This document shows, piece by piece, positions 12,485 to 24,079 of a DNA stretch of 64,000 nucleotides (position 1 is the stretch's first letter; each line of letters opens with the position of its first letter). The notes beneath the pieces were generated by a model, which was not told the origin of the DNA, did not search any database, and saw nothing but the letters and a program-made list of their open reading frames with translations. The position numbers were made by a program, and so were the translations under genes. Source of the stretch: Scenedesmus sp. PABB004 (taxonomy: Eukaryota); the NCBI GenBank assembly GCA_014905635.1, contig JABVCE010000004.1, positions 1,612,001-1,676,000 on the forward strand, given 5' to 3'.

Positions 12485-13372
12485 AGCCTGGCGCAGCAGG
12501 CGCAGCACGCGGGGCGCTGCGGCGAGCCGGCCGGCGCCGCCGACTGCCAGGTGGCGGCGCTCGAGCAGGCGCGCCGTGCGCGGCACGCGGCCGCGGCGGC
12601 GGCCTGGCGCGGCAGCCACCGGCACGCCGCCGCGGGCCTGCCGCCGCGCGCGACACGCGCCGGCGGCGACGCGCCGCCTGCCGAGGCGTCGCCGGGCGAC
12701 GACGATGGCGTGGGCGTGCTGCTGGACGCGTGCCCCACGCTCGCGCTGTTCCACCCCACCGCCACGCGGCACCCGCACACCTGGCGCGACTTTGACACCG
12801 CGCTGCCGTGCGACGTCAACGGCGAGGCGCCCGAGGGCAGCAGCGGCAGCGGCGGCGGCGGCGGCGGCCGCGGCGCCAGCGGCGAGGCGCGGCTGCGGCT
12901 GCTGGACGCGCTGCACCTCGCGGCGCCCAACGGCGCACTCTTCATGCGCAAGCTCGACCTGCGCGGCGACGCCGACGCCGCGACGCTGCTGGCGCTGCTG
13001 CGGCTGCTGTGGAGCGGGCGCGCGCTGCCGGCGTCGCTCGACCCGGGCGAGCTGGAGGCCGCGGCCGCGGCGCCGCCGCGCGGCAGGGAGGCCGCGCCGC
13101 ACGGCGCGGGCGGCGCCGCGCCGCAGGGCGCGGCGGCCGAGCCGCAGGGCGCGGGCGACGCCGCGCCCCGGGTCGGCGCCCTGCTGCTGGGTGCGGCGGG
13201 CGAGCCGCTGGGCGCCGGCGCGCCGCTGGACGCGGGCGGCGCCGCGCCGCAGTGCGGCGCCGCGCCGTTGGGCGCCGCGGCCGAGCACGACGAGCGCCCG
13301 GGCCCTGAACCGCAGCGGGCGGCCGCGCCGCCGCACGTGCCCTTAGTGCTGTGCGCGCTGGGAGAGCGCTGA
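10732..13372 (+). CDS. Core-2/I-branching (GT14/DUF266-like) glycosyltransferase-domain protein; reading frame shifts near 12400-12485
   Basis: Ordered motifs LAVLVLA...VAVH...RWGDLSL...VALVSGLDVPV...HHTWAVLSR...ADEFLLLT (frame of ORF 10516), then PTLALF...HPHTW...LFMRKL (frame of ORF 12257). Start uncertain. Confidence 0.6.
12433..12484 (+). repeat. (GGC)n trinucleotide tract at the frame change in the glycosyltransferase-like gene
   Basis: Visible run of about 17 GGC/CGG units. Confidence 0.9.
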
Positions 13373-13563
13373 GTCCTGAGAGCTGCGCTGTGTGTATACT
13401 GTGACGTGACCTCGAGCCATCCTCGCACGCCACGCCACGCCCGAGAGCAGCGGCGCTGCGCTCTCGACCGCCGCCGCCGCCGCTGCTAGCTCGGGCCGCC
13501 TCGCTAACACCCTGTGGCGCTGGCATCGGGGACCCGGGCGCCGCCGCGGGGCTGGCGGCAGCC

Positions 13564-15453
13564 ATGGCGGCGGACGCAGAGCAGCAGTCTGATTCCGACG
13601 ACGAGGTCTACCCGCCCTGGCTGGAGCGCATCGTCAAGGTCAAGGGCGACGCAGTGGACGGCCACGTCGTGGTCGTCCGGGAGGCGGAGGGTACGAAGCC
13701 GCGGCTCGCGCGGCGCGGCGCCGACGTGGCGACTGGCAACACGAGCGCTGCCCGCCGCCGCGCGCAGACGACGCCAGCCAACCCGGGCACGTGCGCTGCA
13801 AGGTGGGGGCGTCAACACTGGGGGGAGCGCCGCGCCCGGCGCCCGCAGCGCAGCCGCTCACGCAGCCGCGCCCGCGCCCGCCGCCGCCGCAGGAGGTGAG
13901 CGTGCCCGACGCGGCCGACGCGGCGTCGGGCCGGCCTGTGGCCGAGGTGCGGCGCTACACGCTGAAGAAGCTGACGCCCGTCATGATCGTCTGTGAGCCC
14001 TTGGAGCCCGGGGGGGGGGGGCGTGAGCGACGCGCGCAGGACCGGGTCGCTGCCCGTTGACGCGCCTCGGCTGACGCCGGCGCCGCCGCCGCCCGGCGCC
14101 CGCCCGCCCCCGCGCCCGCCCCCGGCCCCGCGCCGCCAGCCGAGCCGAACGAGCCGCCCTACATCGGCCTGGTGGAGAAGATCTGGCGCCGCGCCGACGC
14201 GCAGCCCGTGGCGCCGAACACCTATGTGACCTCCGACTTCAGCGTGGAGGCGCGCCCCACGCGCCCCGCCGCGCCGCGGCGCGCCGCGCCGCGCTGCGCT
14301 GGCCCGCGCCGCCGCGCCCACGCCGCCGCGCCCACGCCGCCGCGCCGCCGCTGGCCGCCACCCCCTCCCCGCGTGCGCTGTGTGCTGCGCCCCGCAGTGC
14401 TACTGGTTTTACCGACCCAGGGAGGTCCCCGACACGGCGTGGAGCAGCGGCGCGCAGCGCGACACGCTCAGCGGCGCGCGCTACGCGTTCTCGCGGCGTC
14501 ACAGGGTCAACGCCGAAGACTTTTCGGAGCGCCAGGTCCGCGGCGGCGGGCGCTGCCGCGCCCCGCCGCGCCGCCCCCCCCCCCCCCCCCCCCCGCGCGG
14601 CCGGCCCGAGCGACGCGCGCCCGCGCCCGCGGCCGCGCTGCCCCGCGGCTGCGCGGCGCAGCTGCTGTTCTCCAGCCACCACACGCGGCACGACTACCCG
14701 GACGCCCAGGGCCGCCTCTCGCTCGAGGGGTTCCTGCAGACCTGCACGGTGCGCGCCGCGCGTGCCGCGCGCCCGCCCCCGGACGCGCCGCGCCCCCGGC
14801 CGCCCCCCACGAGAGAGCCTGCGCCGCGCCGCCCCCCGGCCCCCGCGGCAGGTGCACTGGCTCGGCTTTGGGGAGCCGCCGCCCGAGCGCTGGGCCATCC
14901 ACGGCGGCCGGCTGACGCGGGTGCGCGACCCGGGGTTTGTCGTGGACGGCTTCCTGTGGTGCGGGCGCAAGGACAAGCCGCAGCTGCACTACGCCGACAA
15001 GCGCGCGTACGCGCTCAACGGGGAGTGGCCCGACAAGGCGACACGCGACATCGTGCGCGCGCGCGGAGGGGGCGGGCGCGGGCGCGGGGCGGGCGGGGGC
15101 GCGGGGCGGGCGCGCCGCGCGCCGCGCGGCGCCGCCAGCGGGCCTGGCGCGCGGGCCGAGCGGCGGCGCCGCCGCGCCGCGCCGCGCCGCAGGTCGGCGT
15201 GATGCGGCGCAAGTACGGTGAAACGGCGTGGCGCATCGCGGAGCGCAACGCCGGCATCCGGGCCAAGTATGCGCGCCACGCCGCCGCGGCGCGTGAGGGC
15301 CCGGGCGGCGGCGGCGGCGCCGGGCTCGCGTCGACGTCGGACGGCGGCGCCGCCGGCACGGCGCGGCAGCGGCAGCAGCAGCAGCAGCAGGAGCTGGCGA
15401 GGCTGCCGCTGTCGCCGCGGCTGCCCGACGACGGCATGGGCGACGACGACTGA
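13564..15453 (+). CDS. Stand-alone BAH (bromo-adjacent homology) domain protein (multi-exon)
   Basis: Spliced TPVMIV-EPNEPPYIGLVEKIW...VE-CYWFYRPREV...RQ-LLFSSH...LEGFLQTCT-VHWL...PGFVVDGF follows the BAH pattern PYIA.I..IW / WFYRP.E / ELF.S.H / C.V. Confidence 0.7.
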
Positions 15454-16878
15454 CTGAGCGCACCGCGTCGCGTGGTTGCTGCTGCGGGGCGGCAGTTGTC
15501 GTCGGTCGTTGCTGCGGAAACGAGTTGCGCGTCCTGGCTTACACGCGCGCGCCCGCGGTCGGGGGCGCCAGCAGCATGCGTTGCCGGCGCTCGCCGGCGC
15601 GGCGCCGCCCCGGCCCCGGACCGCGCCGCCGCCGCCGGCGCGCACGCAGCAGCGGCAGGCGCCGCGCCGCTGCGCGGCCAGCGGGCGGCGGGCCGGGCGC
15701 GCGGGGGGCGGCCGCCGGCGGCGCCTCCACCTGCGCCTGCGCTACCTATGGAGCCCATCCCTGCCGCATCCAGCAGCACCGCGCGCAAGCGATGGTCCTG
15801 TACAGCAGGCTGCGCGCGGGCCGGCCGGCGGTCAAGCTGCCGCTGCAGCTGCAGAGCCCAGTGCTTCTCCGCAGAGAGTTGTCAAGGCCCGCGCGCGCCG
15901 CCGCCGACGCGATGCCGACCGCGCACAAACCACACCACCACGAGGCCGCCGGGAGGGAAGAATGGGAGGGGTTCAATGGGGAGGGGGAGGCTCGCCGCGG
16001 CGGCGAGCAACAATGGGAGTGGGAGGGCCCGGCGGGGCGCGTGGTGGCGGCTGTGCGGCGGCCGCCCGTCAGGCGGAGGGCCGGCAGCGCGCGAGCGAGC
16101 GGCAGGCGCACAGCGCCGCCGGTCGAGAGCGCAAGCAGGCGGGCGCGCGCCGCCGCCGCCGGGCAGCAGCCGCCAGCGGGCCGCGCGCACGCACGGCGCC
16201 AGACTCCGCTGGGGCGCCGCTGCACCGCGGCGCGCGCCCCCGCAGCGGGGGCGCGGCTGCGCGGGGTGGCCCGGCGGCTCCATGCGCGCGCGCCGCGCGT
16301 GTCGTGTCGTGTCCAAACGCAGGTCGGGCGAGGCGGGTCGCGCCCGGCGCCGCCGCCGCCTCAACGCGGCGGCCGCCGCGCGGGCGGGCGGGGCGGCCGC
16401 GCTGCGCGCCGCCGCCGCATGGCGGGCGGGCGGCGCGCGGCGCGGCGGCCGATGAATGGACGCGTGCGACGGTGCGGGAGGGTGCGTGAGGTGTAGAGAA
16501 GAATCGAGCAAATGCCGTCCGCCCCAAAACGCGGCCCCGTGTTGATACAAAAACATCGTTCACCCAGTGCAGCCGGCGCCCTCCCAAGAGGGGCGGGCCC
16601 TGCAGTTCCTGGCGCCTCGCGCCAGCCTGCGCTGTCGCGGCCGCCCGCCTAGAGCGGGCGGCCGGCCGGTCCGGGGGTCTGCTGCCGCGGGGCCGGCCCA
16701 GGGCGCGGCCCCCAGGCGCCGCGCGCCCCAGGCGCCGCGCGCGCCGCCGCCGCCGCGCCGCCGGCTGCGGCGCGGACGGCCGCGCGCCGCGGCGCCTGGG
16801 GCCCCAACAGCAGCGCCCGCAGCAGCGGGCGCTGCTGCTCAGAGCGGCGCTGCTGCTCAGCGCAGTCGGCGGCGCTGC

Positions 16879-18226
16879 TCAGAGCACGAGGCGGTACTGC
16901 TTCCACATCTGGTCCACGCGGCCGTGCTGGCCGACGCTGAACGCGCGCATGCAGCTGTCGTCCGAGTAGTCCATGAAGTCTGGGCAGGGCAGAGAGGGAG
17001 GCAGGCGGCGCGGCGCGCGTGAGCCGGCGGCGGCGCGCGTGAGCGGGCGGCGGGGCGCGGCGCGGCGCGCGATCAGCGGCGCGGCGGCGCCGTCTGCTGC
17101 CGGCGCGGCGGCGCGCGGGCACTCACTGCGCACGGGGTCCTCCCCTGGCTGCGGGCACGTGTCGCGGTGCACGGGGCAGCCCTCGCTTGGGCTCGCGCAG
17201 AACGGCGTGTCCTGCACCGAGTCGCCCGCGCCGCTGCAGCCCTGCGGGGCGCGGCGCGGCGGACGAGCGGGGCGCGTCAGGCCGGCGCACCAGGCAGCGC
17301 GCGCGCCTCTGCGTCTGCCTCTGACGCCTCTGGCCCTGCCGCTGCCGCTGCCGCTGGCCCTCACGTTTTGAAAGGTGTGGTAGAGGCCCAGCCAGTGCCC
17401 GATCTCGTGGATGCCGGTGCGCCCCAGGTTGTAGGGCCGGTACTGCCCGCCCGGCAGCGTGTCGTAGTGGATGACGACGCCGTCCATGGTGAGGCCCTTG
17501 GCCTTGAGGTCCCATGGCCAGCTGCTGTACCCGAGCAGGCCGCAGGCGGAGAGGTCGGTGATGTAGAGGTTGAGCGCGTCGCGCTCGCCCTTGCGCAGCT
17601 TGGCCTTGAGCGCCGCCTCGTTGCCCTGGTCGCACATGTCGGGCCCGCGCGTGCGCGTGACCTCGACGACCTTGAACACCCAGCGCATGCCCGCGGCGGC
17701 GCTGTTGGTCGCGTACGCCTCGTTCAGCGCGGCGAGCTGCTTGTCGACCGTCTCCTGCGGCACGTCGCCCATGCCCGTGCCGTCGTCCGCGACCACGACG
17801 TGCACGTACGTGGGGATGACCGTCTCGCGCACCTCGCTGCTGCCGTTGGCGGCCGCGGCGCCGCGGCGCACAAACGCCGCCTCCTTGGCCGCAAACACGG
17901 CGTGGCGGTACTCCAGCTGTGAGAGGTGCTCCGGCTCGGGCGTCTCGGTGCCGCACCTGCGCGTGCGAGTCGGCAGGCGCGCGCGCGTCGGGCGCCGGCC
18001 GGGGAGCTGCCCGCCGGGCAGGCGCGGCCGCGCCCCGCGCGCGCCCGCCCGCGCCCGCGACCGCGCCGGCGCCCCACCTGCGGCCCTTGAGCGACAGCAG
18101 CGAGCGGCGGCGTCCCTTGAACTCTATCTTGCGCTCCCAGTGCGCGTGGCCGCCGCAGGCCGACGCCGCGGCGAGCAGCGCCAGCAGCACGGCTGCGCAC
18201 AGCAGCAGCGCGCCGCGCGGCGGCAT
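16879..18226 (-). CDS. Secreted M43 (pappalysin/ulilysin-like) zinc metalloprotease
   Basis: Signal peptide MPPRGALLLCAAVLLALLAAASA, propeptide cysteine switch RCGT, IPTYVHVV, LLGYSSWP, DGVVIHYDTLPG, zinc motif HEIGHWLGLYHTFQ, GDSVQDTP, Met-turn NFMDYSDDSC after splicing. Confidence 0.9.
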
Positions 18227-18701
18227 CCCGCCCCGCGCGCGCCTGCGGGCGGCGGCGCAGCGGCGGGCCGGGGCGGCGGGTGAGCCAACGGCCGGTCCAG
18301 CGGCGGCGGAGGAGGCCGATCGGAGTGAGGGCCTGCCCGGGCTTGACAGCTGTGCAGCGGCCGCCATCCCCCGCCCGGGCCGCCAGCGCGGCGCGCGCGC
18401 CGGTCAGGCGCCAGGAAAACCCGCCGCGCCGACCCAGCGCCGCCGCGGCGCGCGCAGGAGGGCGCGGGCAGCAGCGAAGCTGCCGCACCACCGGGGGCCG
18501 GCCCGCGCCGCAGGGGCGCAGGACCCCCTGCCGCGGCGCGGGCGCACTCATGGCGGTCTGGGCGCCACCGAGCGGGGCCGCCACCGGCCAGCGGCGCGCC
18601 GGCGGCTCGCAGGACGGCCAACCCACCCCCATCGCCCGCCCCCCGCCGCCCTGGGCCGCGCCACGCCTCGCTCGCCCCAGATCGGCCTGCGCGGCGGCCT
18701 C

Positions 18702-19399
18702 ACGCACCTAAGGGCCGCGCCGCGCGAGCCGATGGGGGCGCCCAGGGCAATCGCGAAACGCGTGCTGCTCACGCCTGCTGCTCGCGTCGGCGACGCCCGC
18801 GTGCGGCGGCTAGTCGGTGCCCCTGGCCGCGTCGCCGCCTGTCGCGCGTGCGTGCGGGGCGCCTGGCGGCGTGCGGGCGGCGGAGGCCTGTGCTGCGAGC
18901 TCCTGCGTTTTCCCTAGTGTCGCGTTGCCTAGCGTGCCTGCTGAATGGTGCACTGGATTCAATGGGAAGAATGCCGGGCCCGCGCCGCGCGGGCGGCCAT
19001 GGCCGGGGGGCGCGCGCCGGAAGCGGGCCGGGCCCGCGTGTGTTAGTCGCTCCGCGCCGCGGTGCGCGGCCACCGATGGCGGGGCCGCGCCGGATTTGGG
19101 CCGAGGGCGGGCCGCGCGCGCGCGCCGGGGCGCTCGCCGCGCGCGCCGCTGCCAGGTGGCGGCGCCGTCCGCGGGCGCGGGACGCGGGGGCGGGCGCCGC
19201 CCACAGGTCGTGGCCAGCCTGCCTGGCCAGCCTGGCTGCGCCGCCGCCGGTTCCCCCCGTGCGCGTGCGGCCCGCCGCGTGCGGCGGCGCGCATGCAGGG
19301 GGCGGTCTTGACCCACCCAGTCAGGCCCGGCGCGGGCTGGCGGCCCACGCCGCTGCCGCGCGGTGCAAGCCCTGGACGCCGGGCCCTGGTCCGCCACGC
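18702..19399 (+). repeat. ~700-bp inverted repeat, left arm
   Basis: Reverse complement of 22015-22719 with few mismatches and small indels. Example: ttttccctagtgtcgcgttgcctagcgtg...ggattcaatgggaagaatg versus cattcttcccattgaatcc...cacgctaggcaacgcgacactagggaaaa. Confidence 0.95.
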
Positions 19400-20060
19400 T
19401 GGTGAGCGTGCGCAGATGGAACAGCGCCTCGGGCCGAGGCTTCAACTTGCATCAGCGCACATCGCCTGCCCCGCCGCACGCGCGGCGCCAGCCAGCCGCG
19501 CACGCCTGACGCCCAGACGCGGCGGCGCGCTCGCTGCAGCGCGCCGCCCCTGAACTGCCCCATGCGGGCCCCCGCGCGCGGATGCCCAACCCGCACGCCT
19601 CGACGCGCGCGCGCGCTGCCCAAGCGCGGCGCGTCCCGACAGATGCGCCGCCACGACTCAGCCAAGCTCTCTGCCTTGGTTTTCTTCTTCGCAAGCAGCA
19701 CCGCGCAACTCTAATGTACACTCACACAGCTGATCGCTGCGCGCGCCGCCGGGCAGGCCCCAGCTTCGGCGGCCCGCGACGTGCCGCGCCCGCCTGGACG
19801 TATGGGCGGCGAGCGAGGGTCAAGCTTGACAGGTCGGCCAGCGATGGCGCTAGCCCAGAAAAAAAGTGTGCAGCACGCGCGACGCGACGACAAGGCTGTG
19901 CACACGCACCCACGCGGCCAGGCGCAACACAGCACAGGCTGCTGCGGCCGCGCCAGCGCCGCGGCGGTCCGCCCGCGCGCGCGCGCTCAATGATGATGCT
20001 ATGTGCACGGCGGCCCGGCCCGGCGCGGCGCGCTGTGGCGCGCTGCGGGCGCTGCCCGGC

Positions 20061-21762
20061 TCAGCGCCGGCGCGCGCCGGGCTGCGAGTGCGCGAGGTGC
20101 AGGTCCACGTCGCTGCCAAAGCTGGACGCCATGATGTCAAACAGGCCTGTGCACGCACGCGCGCGCGGGCACGCGGGCGGTGAGCGCCGCGGGACGCGCG
20201 CGCGGGTGGCGGGCGCGGCGCGCACGGAGCTGCGGCGCCTCGGCGGCGGCGGCGGCGCGCGCGCGCGCACCCTTGGGGTTATCCGTGTGCACCCAGTGCC
20301 CGGCGTCGCGCAGCAGGTGCACGCGGTGGCCGAGCCGCCCGATCTCGTCCGCGACGCCGCCCTCCCAGCGGAAGCTGGAGCGCTCCGCGCGCACAAAGTC
20401 GACGACGAGGCCCTGCGGCGGCGCGCGCAGCAGCTCCCAGAGGCACGTGTCCTCGTAGCTGCCGTACATCTCGGCGATGCCGTCGAGGTCAAAGCTCCAC
20501 GCCCAGCCGCCACCGCCGCCCGGTGCGCGGCGCAGGTTGGTGGTCACCCAGCGCGCGATGGGCATCGAAAAGCCTGCGCCGCCGTGGCGCCGCGGGCGGC
20601 GGGGCGCGGCGGCGGTGAGCGGGCGCGGCGCGCGCGGCCACGGTCCGCCGCGCCCGCCGCGCGCGCGCCCGCGCCCCGCTGCCGCCGCCGCCCGCGCCGC
20701 GCGCGCACCCGAGGCGGTGAGGTGGTCCATGACGGCGTTGCGGTCCGCGATGGGCAGCGGCAGGCGGCGCAGCGCCTCGATGAGGTCGGCCGGGTGGTCG
20801 GCGCGGCCGGGGCCGCCCGCGCGCACCTCGCCCGGCAGCGTGTCGAGCACCCACGTCTGCACCGGGCGCGGCAGCGACGCGCCAAACTGCTGCGCCATGG
20901 ACATGACGACCTTGCCGCCAAAGCTGTGGCCCACGAGCATGTGCGGGAAGAGCTTCTGCTCGCGCAGCAGGCCCAGCACGTCGCGCGCCGCCGACGCGAC
21001 CGAGTGCGGGCCGAGCGCCGGCGCCGCGCCCGACGCGGCCGCCGACTCGCCGTGGCAGCGCAGGTCCACCAGCATGACCTGCCAGCTCGGGAAGCCCTGG
21101 GCGCGGCGGGCGCGGCGGGCGCGGCGGGCGGGGTGAGCGGCGCGCGCGCGGCCGGCGCGCTGGTAGCGCGCGGCGCGTCGCTGCCGCTGCCGCTGCCGCT
21201 GCCGCCACTGCCGCGCCGCGCTGCCGGCCGCCGGCGGCGCCCGCGGCGGCGCACCTCCACGATCATGCGGGCAAAGGACTGCAGGTTGCGGCGCGAGCCG
21301 AGGATGCCGTGCACCAGGACGGCGGTCGGCACGTTCTTGTTGCGTGCGTCATTGGAGAAGCGCACCAGGTTGCCCTGCAGCAGCTCAAACGCCTGCGGGG
21401 GCGGGGAGGCCGGCGCGCGAGGCGCCCGCGCGGGGCAGCTCGAAACGCCATCCATCTGCGCCCCCCTCGCCCCCGCCAGGCCGCTCACCAGCGGCGCCGG
21501 CGGCGCGGGCGCCGAGACCGTGCGACGCGGCAGCTCCGCGGCACGCTCGATGTGCGGCACCGGGCGGATGAGCGTCGCCGAGGCGCGCACGCGCAGCGCG
21601 CAGCGTCGGGCCTGCGAGAGATGCCCGGCGCGGCCGGCGTGGGGCGCTGCTCGCCCGGCAGGCGTGACCGGGAGGTGTATCAGCGCGACCCAGCGCCCCA
21701 CGCACCGCTGCGACGCCAGGCCGGCCTCCTGCACGCTGCTGGGGCGCCCCGACGCGCTGCAT
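20061..21762 (-). CDS. ABHD11-like alpha/beta hydrolase, probably organelle-targeted (multi-exon)
   Basis: PTAVLVHGILGSRRNL, WQVMLVDLRCHGES, nucleophile elbow VGHSFGGKV, WVLDTLPG, WSFDLDGIAEMYGSY, catalytic His in DAGHWVHTDNP. Start inferred through one 5' intron. Confidence 0.85.
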
Positions 21763-22014
21763 GGCGCTGCCTCGCCCCGCGCGCGCTGGGCTGCGCGCCC
21801 GAGCCGGCGCCGAGCTGCCCTGCGCTGCCTGAAAGCCCCGGCCTGACCACGAGCAGGCCGCCACGACCCGGCTTTCGTGCTTTGCGCAAAGCAGTTGCGC
21901 GTCGCCAAGGGAACACGACGAGTGCACTGCGGGCGGGATCGAGCGAATGGGATGTGAACGCGACTGGCGGAGCGGCGACCAGCGGGCGGCTGAGCGCGGC
22001 GGCGGCGCGGCGCG

Positions 22015-22719
22015 GCGTGGCGGACCAGGGCCCGGGGTCCAGGGCTTGCACCGCGCGGCAGCGGCGTGGGCCGCCAGCCCGCGCCGGGCCTGAATGGATG
22101 GGTTTCTCGACCGCCCCCTGCATGCGCGCCGCCGCACGCGACGGGCCCCACGCGCATCGGGGGGAACCGGCGGCGGCGCAGCCAGGCTGGCCAGGCAGGC
22201 TGGCCACGACCTGTGGGCGGCGCCCGCCCCCGCGTCCCGCGCCCGCGGACGGCGCCGCCACCTGGCAGCGGCGCGCGCGGCGAGCGCCCCGGCGCGCGCG
22301 CGCGGCCCGCCCTCGGCCCACATCCGGCGCGGCCCCGCCATCGGTGGCCGCGCACCGCGGCGCGGAGCGACTAACACACGCGCCTGGGCCCGGCCCGCTT
22401 CCGGCGCGCGCCCCCCGGCCATGGCCGCCCGCGCGGCGCGGGCCCGGCATTCTTCCCATTGAATCCAGCGCACCATTCAACAGCCACGCTAGGCAACGCG
22501 ACACTAGGGAAAACGCAGGAGCTCGCAGCACAGGCCTCCGCCGCCCGCACGCCGCCAGGCGCCCCGCACGCACGCGCGACAGGCGGCGACGCGGCCAGGG
22601 GCACCGACTAGCCGCCGCACGCGGGCGTCGCCGACGCGAGCAGCAGGCGTGAGCAGCACGCGTTTCGCGATTGCCCTGGGCGCCCCCATCGGCTCGCGCG
22701 GCGCGGCCCTCAGGTGCGT
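22015..22719 (-). repeat. ~700-bp inverted repeat, right arm
   Basis: Reverse complement of 18702-19399. It occupies the divergent intergenic region between the hydrolase and Alba genes. Confidence 0.95.
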
Positions 22720-22964
22720 CCGGGGCGCAAGCCGCGCCTACGCCGCCGCCGCCCGGCCTGCCGCCGCACCGCCGCCACGACCCCTCCCTCCGCCTGCGCA
22801 GACCTGGGTTGCCACCGGGCCACACACGCCCCTGAAATCTGTCTCGCCAGGCCCCTGAGAGTGATCCTGCTGCTGCGCTCAGCTCAGCTCTGCGCCCGCA
22901 GCAGCCCCGCAGCGGCCCGCCGCGTCTGCCTGTGCGCTCAGCTCTGATCCCGCACCCGTTGAGC

Positions 22965-23738
22965 ATGGCCGAGGCAGCTGCAGCGCCCGCGGAGGCCGCG
23001 AGCCGGCCGGGGTGCGATGGCTGCCGGGCGGCGCGCCCGGGGGCTGGACGGGGCGGCAGCCGCGCGCCCGCGGCGCGTCGGAAGCTGATCGTCGCCCCGG
23101 TGCCGCGCGGTGCCCCGCAGCAACCGCATCCAGGTCTCCTCCAGCAAGAAGCCGATGTTCTTCTATGTCAACCTGGCCAAGGTGCGCGCCCGCGTCCCGT
23201 GCCCGGCGCAAGCCCTTGACGGCTGCCGGCCGCGCGGCGGGCGCGGCTGGGCCGCGGCGCCGGCGCGCCGACCCCGCCGCTGCTGCGCCGCGCGCCGCCT
23301 GCGCAGCGTCTGCTGGCGGAGCACGGCACGGTGCAGCTGTCGGCGCTGGGCATGGCGGTGTCGGCCATGGTGTCGATCGCGGAGATCCTGAAGAAGGACG
23401 GCCTCGTCGTGGAGACGCGTGAGCGCGCCGCGCCGCGCGGCCCGCGGCGGCCGCCCCCGCCTGCTGCAGCCGCCGCCCGGCGCGGCGCGGCGCGGCGCCC
23501 GACACCGCGCGCGCGCCGCGCCGCAGGACTCGCGACGTGCATGGACACGCTCGGCGGCGAGGGCGGGCGGCGGCCGGTGCAGAAGGCCAAGATGTCGATC
23601 GACCTCAAGAAGAGCGACAACTTTGAGGAGCTCATCGCCGCGGAGAAGGAGCGCCACGCCAACGGCCGCGGCGGCGAGGGGGAGGAGCACGAAGACGAGG
23701 GCGAGGAGGAGGGCGAGGAGGGCGAGGAGGAGAGCTGA
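22965..23738 (+). CDS. Alba-family DNA/RNA-binding protein with acidic tail (4 exons)
   Basis: NRIQVSSSKKPMFFYVNLAK-RLLAEHGTVQLSALGMAVSAMVSIAEILKKDG...RPVQKAKMSIDLKKSDNFEELIAA, the plant short-Alba signature. Confidence 0.9.
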
Positions 23739-24079
23739 GCGCGCGGCGCCGCGCGGCGGCGCCGGCGCGGCGCAGCGGGCGGGCGGGCGCGCAGCGGGCG
23801 GGCGGGCGGGCGGGCGGGCGGGCCCGCGTGTGCACTAGAGGGGTTTGGTTGCGCGGCGTCGCAGCTGGCGCGCCGCAGCTGCGCGCGCGCGACGGTTCTG
23901 CCTGGGCGGGCGCCGTGAGCGCGCGCCGCCCTGCGACCCCGGGGACGGGCTTTTGACGCGCGGGCCGGACGGGGCGCGCGCGCTGGCTGCATTCACTGCC
24001 CGCCGGCGCCGCGCTCGGACCGCTGGGCGCGCGGGCGGGCGGCGGCCATCTCGCGCGCCCCGCTGCTGTTACCAGCGTC

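Noticed and set aside
15500..16600. Several overlapping ORFs between the BAH and M43 genes
   Set aside because: No motif or coding-like pattern; probably UTR or intergenic sequence.
18900..18975. AT-richer core of the inverted repeat as a tRNA, snRNA or Helitron end
   Set aside because: No cloverleaf, Sm site or terminal hairpin-CTAG arrangement that I can support.
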